Virus record (IMG/VR): IMGVR_UViG_3300021960_000043
Coordinates: 31,232 to 95,231 of that record
Direction: 5' to 3' (one strand)
Source: a virus
DNA: 64,000 bases
This document shows positions 30,020-39,936 of the stretch, in pieces. The position numbers and the translations under genes were made by a program. Each line of letters opens with the position of its first letter. Position 1 is the first letter of the stretch. A model generated the notes under the pieces. That model was not told the DNA's origin, did no database searches, and was given only the letters and a program-made list of their open reading frames with translations.

Positions 30020-32577
30020 TGACGACAAATAACGCAGATTTCAAAGTGAAAAAAGGATTAGTAGTGGCTGATGGTGATGTAACAGTTGCCAGCGACCATT
30101 CAGTAAAAGCAGGTACATTCGATACCAATGTTGCAGCACAGGGTGTAACACTCACAGGTGTGACACTTTCAGCAGATGGTACTGATACAAACATACCAAT
30201 CAATATCACACCAAAAGGTAATAGTTCAGTAGTTATTTCTAAGGCTGACATAAATGCTGGTACGATAGATGCTACTACTGTAGGTGTTAGTTCACAGGCT
30301 TCAGGTGCTTTTACTACTTTACTTGCTACAAATACTGCTAAGATTACGGCAACAGGTCAATCACTAACAACAAAAGGTAAAGTTTCAGTTGTAAATGCTG
30401 ACGAAGATAATCCCGCAATAGAAACTAACACTCAATTTCAAGTAAATGGCCCTCCTTTATCAGGTAGTGATGCAGCATCAAGCAAGAATTATGCGGAAGC
30501 CCGTATTCATACTGATATTGGCAACGATGATGTTGCAGGTACTACATACAACGGAATGGGTAATGCTTTAGTTTTAGACCAAGCAGAAAACATACATACT
30601 GGACAAGGTATTGCTATCTCAAAAGGTCGAAGTTCTACGGGAGACTCATGGGCTTTAGGTAGAGAAGCAAACCGTGGAAATACTGGTAATACAGACCAAT
30701 TTACTATCGGTTATATCAATAAACCGTGGGATGATGCTGTGAGTCTCACAAACAACCCATTACTTGCAGCACAATCTGTTCTTTCTATAAGCACATCAGG
30801 TAATATTCTTGTGGCAAAATCAGGTGCTACTCTTGGTTTTGTTAGCAACAGTCAAACTACAAAAATTAAGGGTAGTGCTTCCGCTTCATCATCTGAAACT
30901 TACACATTACCACCTACTGATGGAAGTAATGGTCATGTTTTACAAACTAATGGTAGCGGTGTCCTTAGTTGGACTCCATCTTCATCAGGCGCAGACGGAA
31001 TGGGTGCAGGTTTCCAATTAGAAGATGATGATGGCACAGAATTAACAATCACCACAAGTAAAGAAATAAAGTTTATTGGTGCGGGAATTACTACCAATTG
31101 GACAGACACAGATAATGGTACAGATGCTGACCCATACGATATGACTTTCACTTTAGATGTTGATGACCTCGGTACATCAGCCAACTTTGCAGCGGGAGAT
31201 TTAATCGCCTTTGGTGATTCAAGCACAGCAGGTAATGATACTGTAAAAGGTACAGTTAACACTTTAGCAACATTATTTGCTGGTGCGGGTCTTACTGCAA
31301 CTAGTGCTGTAATCGCTGTAGATGCAGACCAAAGCGGCCAAATTACAGCAGTTGGAACTCTTACAGGTCTTACTGTAAGTGGTGCAGCAGATTTGAATAA
31401 TAATCTAACAGTTGATGGTGCAACAATTTCACTAGACGCTACTACTTCTTTGAATATAGACAACTCAAATACCACTAACGGTATCACTATAGGAACAGCA
31501 ACAAGTGGTGTCCCGGTTTCTATTGGACACACAACTTCTGAAGTTACAATTAATGATAATTTAACTGTTACAGGTGATTTAACTGTAAATGGTACACAAA
31601 CCTTCATTAATTCAACAACCATAGAACTTGATGACAAGAACATAGAACTCGCTAAGGGTCTAGGTAATGATGTTGCTGTAGACGGTGGTGGGGTAACACT
31701 AAAATCAACTGAAGGCGATAAGACATTTAACTATGTAAACACAAATACCGCTTGGACTAGTTCTGAAAACTTTGACATAGTATCAGGTAAAAAATACAAA
31801 CTTGGTGGTGCTGATATATTCACCAATGCTACAACATTAGCATCCGGTGTAGTAACATCAAGTCTAACTCAAGTTGGTGATTTGGCTAATGGTTCGATAG
31901 TGTCCGGTTTTGGTACAATCACCACAACAGCCGCCATTACAGGTGGCTCTCTCATAGCAGATAACATCACTATTGATGGTAACTCAATAACAAGCACCAA
32001 CATCAATGGTGACATCACACTTTCACCAAACGGAACAGGAGAAGTAAATATCGCTGCTGGTAATCTAAACTATGCAGGTACGGCTGTTACAGCCACAGGT
32101 GCGGAACTCAATGTCCTCGATGGTGTAACAGCAGGTACTGTTTCTGCAAGCCTAGCATTAGTGGTAGATGCTAACAAAGATTTAGCGACAATTAGAAATC
32201 TAACTTCAAACGGCACAGTACAAGCCGCTGCTGTTAGTGTAGACGCAGTTGCTGTATTAGACACATCAAGAGGCTCAGGTACAGATGTTTCAGGGGCTAC
32301 TGTTCTTGCTAGTTACGCTGCTGCCACTTACAAAACCGCCAAATACATCTATCAAATCAAGAAAGATACTGCGGATGACACAGACGTTGGTGAGATACTC
32401 GTTACATACGAAGGTACATCCAATGATGTATATATTCTTGAATATGGCATGATTAGCACAGGTGCTTCGATTGGTGCTTGGTCGGTGAATTACAACTTAG
32501 GTACTGTGGAATTGAAGTACACACCTGCTAATGACGGCGACCATACTTACACAATACTCAATACTCTACTAATATGA
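30019..32577 (+). CDS. Tail fibre/adhesin 2 (start MTTNNADFKVKKGL)
   Basis: DGSNGHVLQTNGSGVLSW and DDKNIEL motifs; TAATG coupling with fibre 1. Confidence 0.75.
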   Translation: MTTNNADFKVKKGLVVADGDVTVASDHSVKAGTFDTNVAAQGVTLTGVTLSADGTDTNIPINITPKGNSSVVISKADINAGTIDATTVGVSSQASGAFTTLLATNTAKITATGQSLTTKGKVSVVNADEDNPAIETNTQFQVNGPPLSGSDAASSKNYAEARIHTDIGNDDVAGTTYNGMGNALVLDQAENIHTGQGIAISKGRSSTGDSWALGREANRGNTGNTDQFTIGYINKPWDDAVSLTNNPLLAAQSVLSISTSGNILVAKSGATLGFVSNSQTTKIKGSASASSSETYTLPPTDGSNGHVLQTNGSGVLSWTPSSSGADGMGAGFQLEDDDGTELTITTSKEIKFIGAGITTNWTDTDNGTDADPYDMTFTLDVDDLGTSANFAAGDLIAFGDSSTAGNDTVKGTVNTLATLFAGAGLTATSAVIAVDADQSGQITAVGTLTGLTVSGAADLNNNLTVDGATISLDATTSLNIDNSNTTNGITIGTATSGVPVSIGHTTSEVTINDNLTVTGDLTVNGTQTFINSTTIELDDKNIELAKGLGNDVAVDGGGVTLKSTEGDKTFNYVNTNTAWTSSENFDIVSGKKYKLGGADIFTNATTLASGVVTSSLTQVGDLANGSIVSGFGTITTTAAITGGSLIADNITIDGNSITSTNINGDITLSPNGTGEVNIAAGNLNYAGTAVTATGAELNVLDGVTAGTVSASLALVVDANKDLATIRNLTSNGTVQAAAVSVDAVAVLDTSRGSGTDVSGATVLASYAAATYKTAKYIYQIKKDTADDTDVGEILVTYEGTSNDVYILEYGMISTGASIGAWSVNYNLGTVELKYTPANDGDHTYTILNTLLI

Positions 32578-32602
32578 TGGAAAGTGAAATCATGGTGATA
32601 CA

Positions 32603-34852
32603 ATGGCAACAAATAATGCGGATTTTAAGGTAAAAAGAGGCTTAATAGTAACAGAGGGCATAACCCTCGGTGGGCATACTTTCGACGACATAGACATAGG
32701 AACTGAGTTTGTTGATACTGATGACCACATTATGTCATCCGGTGCGATTAGAGAAAAGATTGAGTCTTACAGTTATGGTACAGGTGATGCTACCTTAGCA
32801 GGTACTCAAACATTTAGTGGTGCTAAAACATTTAGTAGTGCAATCGAATTAAATGATGATTTACACATTAACGATTCACATGGAAGGATTGAGTTCAAAA
32901 GAAACGCAAGTAATACTGCTACCAATGCGGCTATAACATTTAATGATAATGCAGATGCACTAAAAGCAAGAATCCTGTATCAGTATTCAACCAATCAAAT
33001 GCAATTTTATGTTAATAGTGAAAATCAATTATTACTTAATGATGGTGTATTGAGTCCGGCAACTGATAACAATGTAGATTTAGGAACATCCTCTCTAAAG
33101 TTCAAAGATTCATTCTTTGGATTAGTAGATGCTGAAAACTTCAAAATAAATGGCGGTCAAGGTTCTGACGGTCAAGTTCTAACTTCGACAGGTTCAGGTG
33201 TTGCTTGGGAAGATGCGGGCGGTGGTGGTGCTTCTGCTATCGGTGATTTATCGGATGTATTAATGGATGCCACTAATTTTACTGATGGATTTTTACTTCA
33301 ACCAAATAGTGATGGTTTAGCCCCAACAACAGGAATATTATCTTCTGCTATTGAAAATATAGGTCTAGGAAAGAATGCCTTAAGTTCATTAACTTCAGGA
33401 GACTATAATATAGCAATAGGTTCAGATGCTCTTAGTTCACAAACAACTGCTTCACGTTCAGTAGCAATAGGTCTAGGGGCATTAAATGATGCAAATGCAT
33501 CTAACGCAGTCGCAATAGGTCAGTATGCTTTACGATATGCAACTAAAAATAGTAATGTTGCTGTTGGTTATGCGGCAGGTCAGGGTGTTTCTTCGGGAGA
33601 TGCAAACTCAACAAACTTTGAAAGAGCAACATTTCTTGGATATCAGGCTGGACAAAAAGGGGCTAAAACAGGTCAAACATGGGTTACTGCATTAGGATAT
33701 AATGCAGGTTCGGGTGATGTAATAGGTGCTTATTCAACTTATGTTGGTGGAAGAGCAGGTTATCTATCAGGTGAAGGGCAAAGTAATACAGCAATTGGTT
33801 TTTATGCAATGCATGGTAATTCTGCTACTACAACCGGATTTCAAAACAATACAGCAATAGGTGCTAATTCTATGTATTGCACTTCTGCTAGTACCGCATC
33901 AAATAACGTAACAGTAGGCTCATTAACGGGATATGCACTTACAACAGGGGATGCTAACACACTAATCGGTTATTCAGCAGGTTGGAGAATGACCTCAGGA
34001 ACTCAGAATGTAGCAGTTGGTTTTGATGCTTTAGGAGATGTAACAACCGGAGTAAGAAATATAGGGATTGGTTATAATGCTGCTAATAATTTTGATACCG
34101 AATCAGATAACATAGCAATTGGTTATGATGCTTTAGGTAGTAATTCTCTCGCAGGTGCAGAACAAAATGTATCAATCGGTAATTATAGTGGAGATGCAAT
34201 TTCTGAAGGAGATGGAAATACAATAATCGGACATCTTTCAGGTGGTGCAGTTACAAGTGGAAGTAGAAATATTACGCTTGGTTGGATGTCGGGCGATAAT
34301 ATAACCACAGGCTCAAACAATGTTGTTATTGGTGCAGCAGACGTTCCAAGTGCAACAGCAGATAGTCAATTATCAATATCAGATGGTGTTGGTGGAACTA
34401 CATGGATTCAAGGTAATGCAGATGGAATTGTATTAGGTGCATTAACACCACTATTCTTTGAAAGGTCAGCATTAGATACAACTGCTGTTGACTTTAGAGT
34501 TCCAACAGTACAAAGTTCTACTGCTAATCCTAACGGTTATCCAATGCCATTTGCAGGTACAGTAAGGGCGGCATCTTTCCTCTTTGCGGGTTCTGCTATA
34601 AGTACTAGTGGTAATACTAATACAATACGAATAAGAAAGAATGGTGGTTCTAGTGGTAGTGATATTAAAGATTTTACTTTTACGGAAAGTGATTTAGTTA
34701 ATACTAATGGAAATCAATATTCTCTTGTTAAATCGGGTAGTGATGTATTGTTTACATTTGCAGCAGGTGATGTTTTACAAGTAAAGAGACAAAGTGGTTC
34801 AACTGACCTTAATAATTCACAGGCTATGTTATGGGTGAGTTATAACTTCTGA
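32603..34852 (+). CDS. Tail fibre/adhesin 3 with YadA/Hep-Hag-like N(T/V/I)A(I/V)G repeats
   Basis: Many NxAIGxxAL repeats; distinct jelly-roll-like C-terminus. Confidence 0.8.
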   Translation: MATNNADFKVKRGLIVTEGITLGGHTFDDIDIGTEFVDTDDHIMSSGAIREKIESYSYGTGDATLAGTQTFSGAKTFSSAIELNDDLHINDSHGRIEFKRNASNTATNAAITFNDNADALKARILYQYSTNQMQFYVNSENQLLLNDGVLSPATDNNVDLGTSSLKFKDSFFGLVDAENFKINGGQGSDGQVLTSTGSGVAWEDAGGGGASAIGDLSDVLMDATNFTDGFLLQPNSDGLAPTTGILSSAIENIGLGKNALSSLTSGDYNIAIGSDALSSQTTASRSVAIGLGALNDANASNAVAIGQYALRYATKNSNVAVGYAAGQGVSSGDANSTNFERATFLGYQAGQKGAKTGQTWVTALGYNAGSGDVIGAYSTYVGGRAGYLSGEGQSNTAIGFYAMHGNSATTTGFQNNTAIGANSMYCTSASTASNNVTVGSLTGYALTTGDANTLIGYSAGWRMTSGTQNVAVGFDALGDVTTGVRNIGIGYNAANNFDTESDNIAIGYDALGSNSLAGAEQNVSIGNYSGDAISEGDGNTIIGHLSGGAVTSGSRNITLGWMSGDNITTGSNNVVIGAADVPSATADSQLSISDGVGGTTWIQGNADGIVLGALTPLFFERSALDTTAVDFRVPTVQSSTANPNGYPMPFAGTVRAASFLFAGSAISTSGNTNTIRIRKNGGSSGSDIKDFTFTESDLVNTNGNQYSLVKSGSDVLFTFAAGDVLQVKRQSGSTDLNNSQAMLWVSYNF

Positions 34853-34861
34853 GGTGATTAA

Positions 34862-35071
34862 ATGGAATGGGATGAATTAAGAGGAATAAGACAAGGACTA
34901 TTAAAAGAAATGGATATTTACCAATTGGTAATTCCGTATAATAATCTAACAGATACACAAAAAACAGAATTAGAACAATACAGACAAGATTTATTAACAC
35001 TACCACAGGACTACACAACACCGGAATTAGCATATGCTAACATACCGACCAAACCAACATGGATGAATTAA
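34862..35071 (+). CDS. Tail fibre assembly chaperone
   Basis: W..LR..R..LL.E.D...YRQ.L..LPQ...P.KP consensus; follows the fibre gene. Confidence 0.75.
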   Translation: MEWDELRGIRQGLLKEMDIYQLVIPYNNLTDTQKTELEQYRQDLLTLPQDYTTPELAYANIPTKPTWMN

Positions 35072-35072
35072 G

Positions 35073-35378
35073 ATGGCTTTAAAGATTGATTATAATACAA
35101 ACTTTGGAATATTATGCAGGGATGCAATATGTGTAATAGTTTCCACTAGATGTTACAAAGAAAAAGATAGTGAAGGAAATAAAATATTTCCTGTTGAATA
35201 TAATGGAAAAATATACGCAAATGCAGAAGCGTATGCTGATAATGCATCTCCTGTTGGTGGTTTTAATAATAATTTTTTAATGAGTGAGTCTGCTGCTAAA
35301 ACTCAATACAACATAATTAAACAATGTTATGAAGATTTAAAGACAAAAGATGGCTTTACAGATGGTATAGATTGTTAA
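35073..35378 (+). CDS. Small fibre-associated protein
   Basis: MALKI...FGI...Q.Y..LKT..GF....DC pattern, common after fibre genes. Confidence 0.6.
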   Translation: MALKIDYNTNFGILCRDAICVIVSTRCYKEKDSEGNKIFPVEYNGKIYANAEAYADNASPVGGFNNNFLMSESAAKTQYNIIKQCYEDLKTKDGFTDGIDC

Positions 35379-35503
35379 TCTAAACCTAAAGAAAACACTT
35401 CGTCTAACAACTTACGTTGAGTTTCTAAGTAGTCTCTCCAAATAGGTTTCTTGAATTGATTTTCAAAACCTTCTAGTTGTGCTTCCCAATAATCTTCATC
35501 CAT
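35375..35503 (-). CDS. Micro-protein, 42 aa (MDEDYWEAQLEGFENQFKKPIWRDYLETQRKLLDEVFSLGLD)
   Basis: Hand-translated; converges on the end of the structural operon. Confidence 0.55.
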   Translation of the reverse strand: MDEDYWEAQLEGFENQFKKPIWRDYLETQRKLLDEVFSLGLD

Positions 35504-35871
35504 TTTATTCAACTTCTATATCTTTTAATGACTCCATAAAATCTGTCATCCACTTACATTTACCATTATGATGTATTCTTTCGTCTATTCTAAAACCCCC
35601 TTCTAGTAATCCAATACCAAAAACCATTTGATATATTCCAAAATATTTTATCTATTTTACTCATATTTAATCTCATTCCTTAAAGTGTGAATAAGATGGG
35701 TTATTTGTAAGGCTACAGTCATAAAGAATAGTTTGATTTGTAATATAGCGGTTTCTATGTAAAGTGGTTGAGATATTACCCTGTCTAAAACCACTGCGTC
35801 TAACATAGTGTAAAAAGTAAACTACTAGTATATTGTTTTTCTCTGTCCATGCATCATGAAATATATAATTT

Positions 35872-35986
35872 AGGGGGAAAACAGAATAGGGGAAAAGAAT
35901 AAACCCCGTAGCGGTGCATATTGTTGAGAAAAAGAGACATTATCTGATGAACTGTCGAATCTGTTTTTATCTCGCAAACCCCCATG
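35872..35986 (-). ncRNA. Candidate structured small RNA (alternatively a 43-aa ORF)
   Basis: TATA-like TAATTATAA at ~36007-36015 upstream; imperfect hairpin 35931-35977; pyrimidine-rich 3' end. Confidence 0.3.
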
Positions 35987-36012
35987 TGGTGATATGATGA
36001 TATGTGTTATAA

Positions 36013-36183
36013 TTATTTCTTCTTAAAAGCACTATCTACCCATATATGACTACATTCTTTACATTCCCAAAGGTGTACTCTTTTTCTGAGTCCGTCATGA
36101 TAACGAGCAGTTAATCTTCTAGGAACATGTTCATGGTTGCACTGTCTACAACTAACTTTTAACTTATCCATGAATCTACCCAA
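36013..36183 (-). CDS. 56-aa Zn ribbon resembling the TFS/TFIIS C-terminal ribbon
   Basis: Hand-translated CRQC-x25-CKECSHIW; GAGGGG RBS before the TTG start. Confidence 0.7.
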   Translation of the reverse strand: MGRFMDKLKVSCRQCNHEHVPRRLTARYHDGLRKRVHLWECKECSHIWVDSAFKKK

Positions 36184-36185
36184 GA

Positions 36186-37688
36186 TTATTCCCCTCTCTT
36201 TACCACGATGTCATCTATTTTCAAAATGGCTGTAGTTACCTCAGTTGCACTAAGAATGGCTTGCTTTATCAATTGTGTTGGTTCTACAACACCTAATTCT
36301 TTCATATCAACTATCTCATTGATGTTTTCAACATCAGGGCCATATGTTAGATTTCCCTCCACTATAGCGTTACGCAAAGCAAATACACACTTCAGAGGTG
36401 TGTGTCCGGCTACTTCTCCTATGGTTGCAGGTATTATTTCTAAAGTGTCAGCAAATGAATTAATTGCCATTTGTTCCATACCTTTGACTTTAGGTGCTTC
36501 GGTTCTTAGATGGCTTGCTATGGCTGCGTAAGCAGACCCGCCACCTGCAACTATGTTACCCCCGTTTAATACAAGTGATACTACACCTAATGCGTCATCA
36601 AACCCTCGCTCTACTTCTTCTAAGGTGGTATGACTTGCACCTCTTACTACCAAAGTGGATTGGGATGAGTTTGCTTCACCTTCAACAAATAGATAGTACA
36701 CATCATTATGTTTTTCTCTATTAATTGTGCAAGGTTTTGATGTTTCTAAATCATCCACACCATGAGAAACTCTTACACCTAAAGATGATGATAAACCTCT
36801 TAATGTGCTTTCTTGCATTCTTTTGACTACTGCTATGTTGTGTTTATTCAAAAACGCTATAACTGAATCTTCTACATTATCTCTACAGAAAAGAACGCCA
36901 CCATCAGGTAGTAATTCTTGTATTCTTTTTGCGTTGTCAGTTAGAATCATTGAGCCTCTTCCTATTATTTTCTCATAGTCATCTATGTTACTAATGTTAA
37001 CTTGTTGTGTTGGGGTGTTGTTTTTTTCATCTTTAGTTAAACCACTCATCAATAATACTGCTTGAGTTTTCTCAGGTATATCCATTTCTACAACGTAGTC
37101 TTTGTTAACAACCACACCTGTGAACATGTAAGAGTCTGTTAAAGAACCACCGGGGTATGTTATCACATTGACTTTTTCTGCGCTACCTGCTATTTTTACC
37201 GCTTCAACACATAAATCTGATACTATATCTTTGGCTGATGCTAGAGTTTTTCCTGAAATTGCTGTTTGTGCAACTTTTAGTAAATCTTCGTCTGTAGCAT
37301 CAAAAGATAATTCACTTTCTAAATAATCTACAGCAATTCTAGCCGCTTTATTATAACCATCGCAAACTAATGAAGGATGCACACCTTTACTGAATAGATT
37401 TTCAGAATCAGCAAGCATTTGACCTGCTAACACTACTGTACTTGTTGTGCCGTCATAACACAAACTTTCCTGTGTTTTACTGATGTCAATTATCATTTTG
37501 GCTGCTGGATGTGCAGCCTCAATTTCACGTAATATTGTTGCACCATCATTTGTTATTATGGTGTTACCTGCGGCATCAACCATCATCTTATCTCTACCTC
37601 TAGGGCCAAGTGTGGTTCTTACCGTGTTGACAATCGCTCTTGCTGCTCTTATGTTGTTATGTAATGGGTCTATTTTTTCATCATTCAT
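36186..37688 (-). CDS. ths: Group II chaperonin (thermosome-like)
   Basis: [31 protein letters not shown](V)EP and ILKIDD motifs. Confidence 0.95.
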   Translation of the reverse strand: MNDEKIDPLHNNIRAARAIVNTVRTTLGPRGRDKMMVDAAGNTIITNDGATILREIEAAHPAAKMIIDISKTQESLCYDGTTSTVVLAGQMLADSENLFSKGVHPSLVCDGYNKAARIAVDYLESELSFDATDEDLLKVAQTAISGKTLASAKDIVSDLCVEAVKIAGSAEKVNVITYPGGSLTDSYMFTGVVVNKDYVVEMDIPEKTQAVLLMSGLTKDEKNNTPTQQVNISNIDDYEKIIGRGSMILTDNAKRIQELLPDGGVLFCRDNVEDSVIAFLNKHNIAVVKRMQESTLRGLSSSLGVRVSHGVDDLETSKPCTINREKHNDVYYLFVEGEANSSQSTLVVRGASHTTLEEVERGFDDALGVVSLVLNGGNIVAGGGSAYAAIASHLRTEAPKVKGMEQMAINSFADTLEIIPATIGEVAGHTPLKCVFALRNAIVEGNLTYGPDVENINEIVDMKELGVVEPTQLIKQAILSATEVTTAILKIDDIVVKRGE

Positions 37689-37864
37689 TCCTCTTCATCT
37701 CCTTTTTCCTTGATTACAGGGAATATTATATCGCTTATTCTAGCACTTTGCCTCATTATATCACCTAGAGAGTGGCCTTGATTTACGAAATCGGTAAAAC
37801 CGATTAACAACCCCTCTAAATAATTCACTCTTTGCATTAATTCTAATTCACTTTTCTTTACCAT
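37685..37864 (-). CDS. Hypothetical protein, 59 aa ([13 protein letters not shown]...)
   Basis: Hand-translated; fills the gap and has an ATGA overlap with the chaperonin. Confidence 0.65.
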   Translation of the reverse strand: MVKKSELELMQRVNYLEGLLIGFTDFVNQGHSLGDIMRQSARISDIIFPVIKEKGDEEE

Positions 37865-38469
37865 TCTAAAATCACCTCTTTTATATCTCCTGTGTCAATA
37901 CATCTTGATTTCAACATAGAGTTTTCTTTTCCTAACATATACAAATCATAGGTTAGTTGTGTATCTTTAAGACAGTATTCTATCACTTCTTGATATTTAC
38001 CATCTCTCCACGCTATAGGTGCATCTTCGCTTTTCATTAATTTGGTTGCTTCTAAATTATATTTTGCTAAGTCATTTAACGATGTTTGTAAATTACCGTA
38101 TGATAGTGATGACTTTGAAAATAATACTTTAGTATCAATGACTGAATCTTTTTTAGATAGTATATCACCAGCAGCCCAACAATCCATTGATTCTTTGATA
38201 ACAGGTAAATCAAAACTAATTATATTATGGCCTAATATCTGACCACCTTTTGCTATATGTTCAGATAGGAAATCACCAAGCACTTGTGGGTGTAAATCGT
38301 GTACCGTTACCCCTTCTATATCATCAATCTCGGCTTTGGTAAAGACGTTACCTTCTTGCCCATCCCATGTGGCTACAACTGTAGGCTCAAACAAGGATAG
38401 GTTGTTCCAACCACCTATTTCCCAAGAGAAGTTTGCTGTTTCAATATCTATTGATAGCACGTTACTCAT
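37858..38469 (-). CDS. DEDD(y) 3'-5' exonuclease (RNase_H_2/YprB-like)
   Basis: DIET, HN...FD, IDT and YCLKD Exo motifs. Confidence 0.85.
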   Translation of the reverse strand: MSNVLSIDIETANFSWEIGGWNNLSLFEPTVVATWDGQEGNVFTKAEIDDIEGVTVHDLHPQVLGDFLSEHIAKGGQILGHNIISFDLPVIKESMDCWAAGDILSKKDSVIDTKVLFSKSSLSYGNLQTSLNDLAKYNLEATKLMKSEDAPIAWRDGKYQEVIEYCLKDTQLTYDLYMLGKENSMLKSRCIDTGDIKEVILEW

Positions 38470-39872
38470 TCTTTCACCTCTAAGCCTTCTTTCTTTCTCA
38501 CAAACACCACTCTACCATCTTTTGCTTCATCGAACAATTGTCTACCCCATTTATCATAATTATTGTAAGCACTACCCGGAGAGCAATCTGTTTGCGTTTC
38601 ATAAGATTTCATCATCTTAGTTTTCGCTCTCCAACCTTCTCCCCTGTTACTTAGTTCTATACCAGCGACAGCGTTGTATGCTTTGAGCCATTTGCTTCTG
38701 TTTACTGCTTTCTCCTGTAGTTTTGGCCCTACATCTACCTCATCTTCAAGCCATAAAATTAGATTCTTAAATATATCATAAAGAATATCTTTTGCATAAT
38801 CTACATGCCTACCTTCAACAATCCAACTTTCATCCATCATAGCAAAGTGTGTAGCCATAATCAATGTATTATTTTCCATAGCAGGTATGAAAGAGGACAC
38901 AACCTCTAGAATGCTAGGGTTTAGATTTTCTAATAGAGAATAGTAATCATCAATAGCATCGTATAAAGCGGGATAGAATGTATTCTCATCAGCGGAAAAC
39001 ATTTCTGTCATAACAGATTGAACCAAATCTTCTTGTTCCTTACGAGACATACCATCCCATTGTACAAACGGTGTTTCACTTAAAGAAAGAACCTTATCTC
39101 TCAGCCTTTTTTCTAATCCTGTAAAGTAGTCAACTATTTCACTATAATCTACATCCATAGAAGCAGTTCTTTTGAACGCTGAAGCGGCTCTACGTTCACT
39201 CACTTGTTGTCGTCTTTCCCTTGTCCACGTACTCCAATATAGCAATACTCTTTGAAAGATACCTTTAGTCAACACATATTCTTTTACACCATTAGGTGGG
39301 TATGTAGTAATCCACAATGACACTAAAGATTCTGTTTCTATTCTACCCATCTTTGTGTGTTTGACTAAGACGTTGTTATTGCTTCCTACAGGATTGCAAG
39401 CAGACTGTAAGTAAAGGACAGTTTCTTGGCTATGTTTGTTTGGGTTAAGTATGATAGAGCCTTCATCGAAGTTCAATGCCTTTTGACCTGTTAACATGCC
39501 TTCTTTGAGTGTGGTAATTTTATTCCCTTCACTATCCTCTTCCATTTCAAAACCCCCAATCAAACCAGCATCTGTACCTGTGGTGTATAAATCACTACTA
39601 ATTCCAGCATCTCTCAAAACATCTCCAATAAACTCCCACGCTATTGACTTACCCGTTCTACTAGATTGAATCCAAAAAGAATGAACTCTAGGGTCTAAGT
39701 GTGTACTACCCCACGGTATACGCACATAAGGTACTGCTATTTGCCCTTGAATGAAAAAGAATGATAACATTCCCGGTATTTCATTATCAATTGAAATTGA
39801 ATTAAAATGGTCTAGATACCCTTTGAATAAAGGGTAATTTTGTGTTGCTTGATAATCTTCTGCTCTTCTCAT
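38466..39872 (-). CDS. Divergent MCM-like AAA+ helicase
   Basis: Walker A SRTGKS, TDAGLIG, EGML..., Walker B LNFDE, IFQR arginine finger. Confidence 0.7.
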   Translation of the reverse strand: MRRAEDYQATQNYPLFKGYLDHFNSISIDNEIPGMLSFFFIQGQIAVPYVRIPWGSTHLDPRVHSFWIQSSRTGKSIAWEFIGDVLRDAGISSDLYTTGTDAGLIGGFEMEEDSEGNKITTLKEGMLTGQKALNFDEGSIILNPNKHSQETVLYLQSACNPVGSNNNVLVKHTKMGRIETESLVSLWITTYPPNGVKEYVLTKGIFQRVLLYWSTWTRERRQQVSERRAASAFKRTASMDVDYSEIVDYFTGLEKRLRDKVLSLSETPFVQWDGMSRKEQEDLVQSVMTEMFSADENTFYPALYDAIDDYYSLLENLNPSILEVVSSFIPAMENNTLIMATHFAMMDESWIVEGRHVDYAKDILYDIFKNLILWLEDEVDVGPKLQEKAVNRSKWLKAYNAVAGIELSNRGEGWRAKTKMMKSYETQTDCSPGSAYNNYDKWGRQLFDEAKDGRVVFVRKKEGLEVKE

Positions 39873-39874
39873 AT

Positions 39875-39930
39875 TGACCCCTATAGAGGTCAGTATATAT
39901 ATTATTCTAATAATTCTAATATTATTTATA
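39875..39930 (-). promoter_or_regulatory. TATA element, 18-bp palindrome TGACCcCTATAGaGGTCA and AT-rich tract upstream of the helicase gene
   Basis: Palindrome at 39875-39892 lies between TATATATA (39894-39901) and the ATG. Confidence 0.6.
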
Positions 39931-39936
39931 CAAAAA

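Noticed and set aside
35940-36000. CTGATGA/ATGATGA as a hammerhead core or C/D box RNA
   Set aside because: No correctly placed GAAA or stems for a hammerhead, and the box order is wrong for a C/D guide
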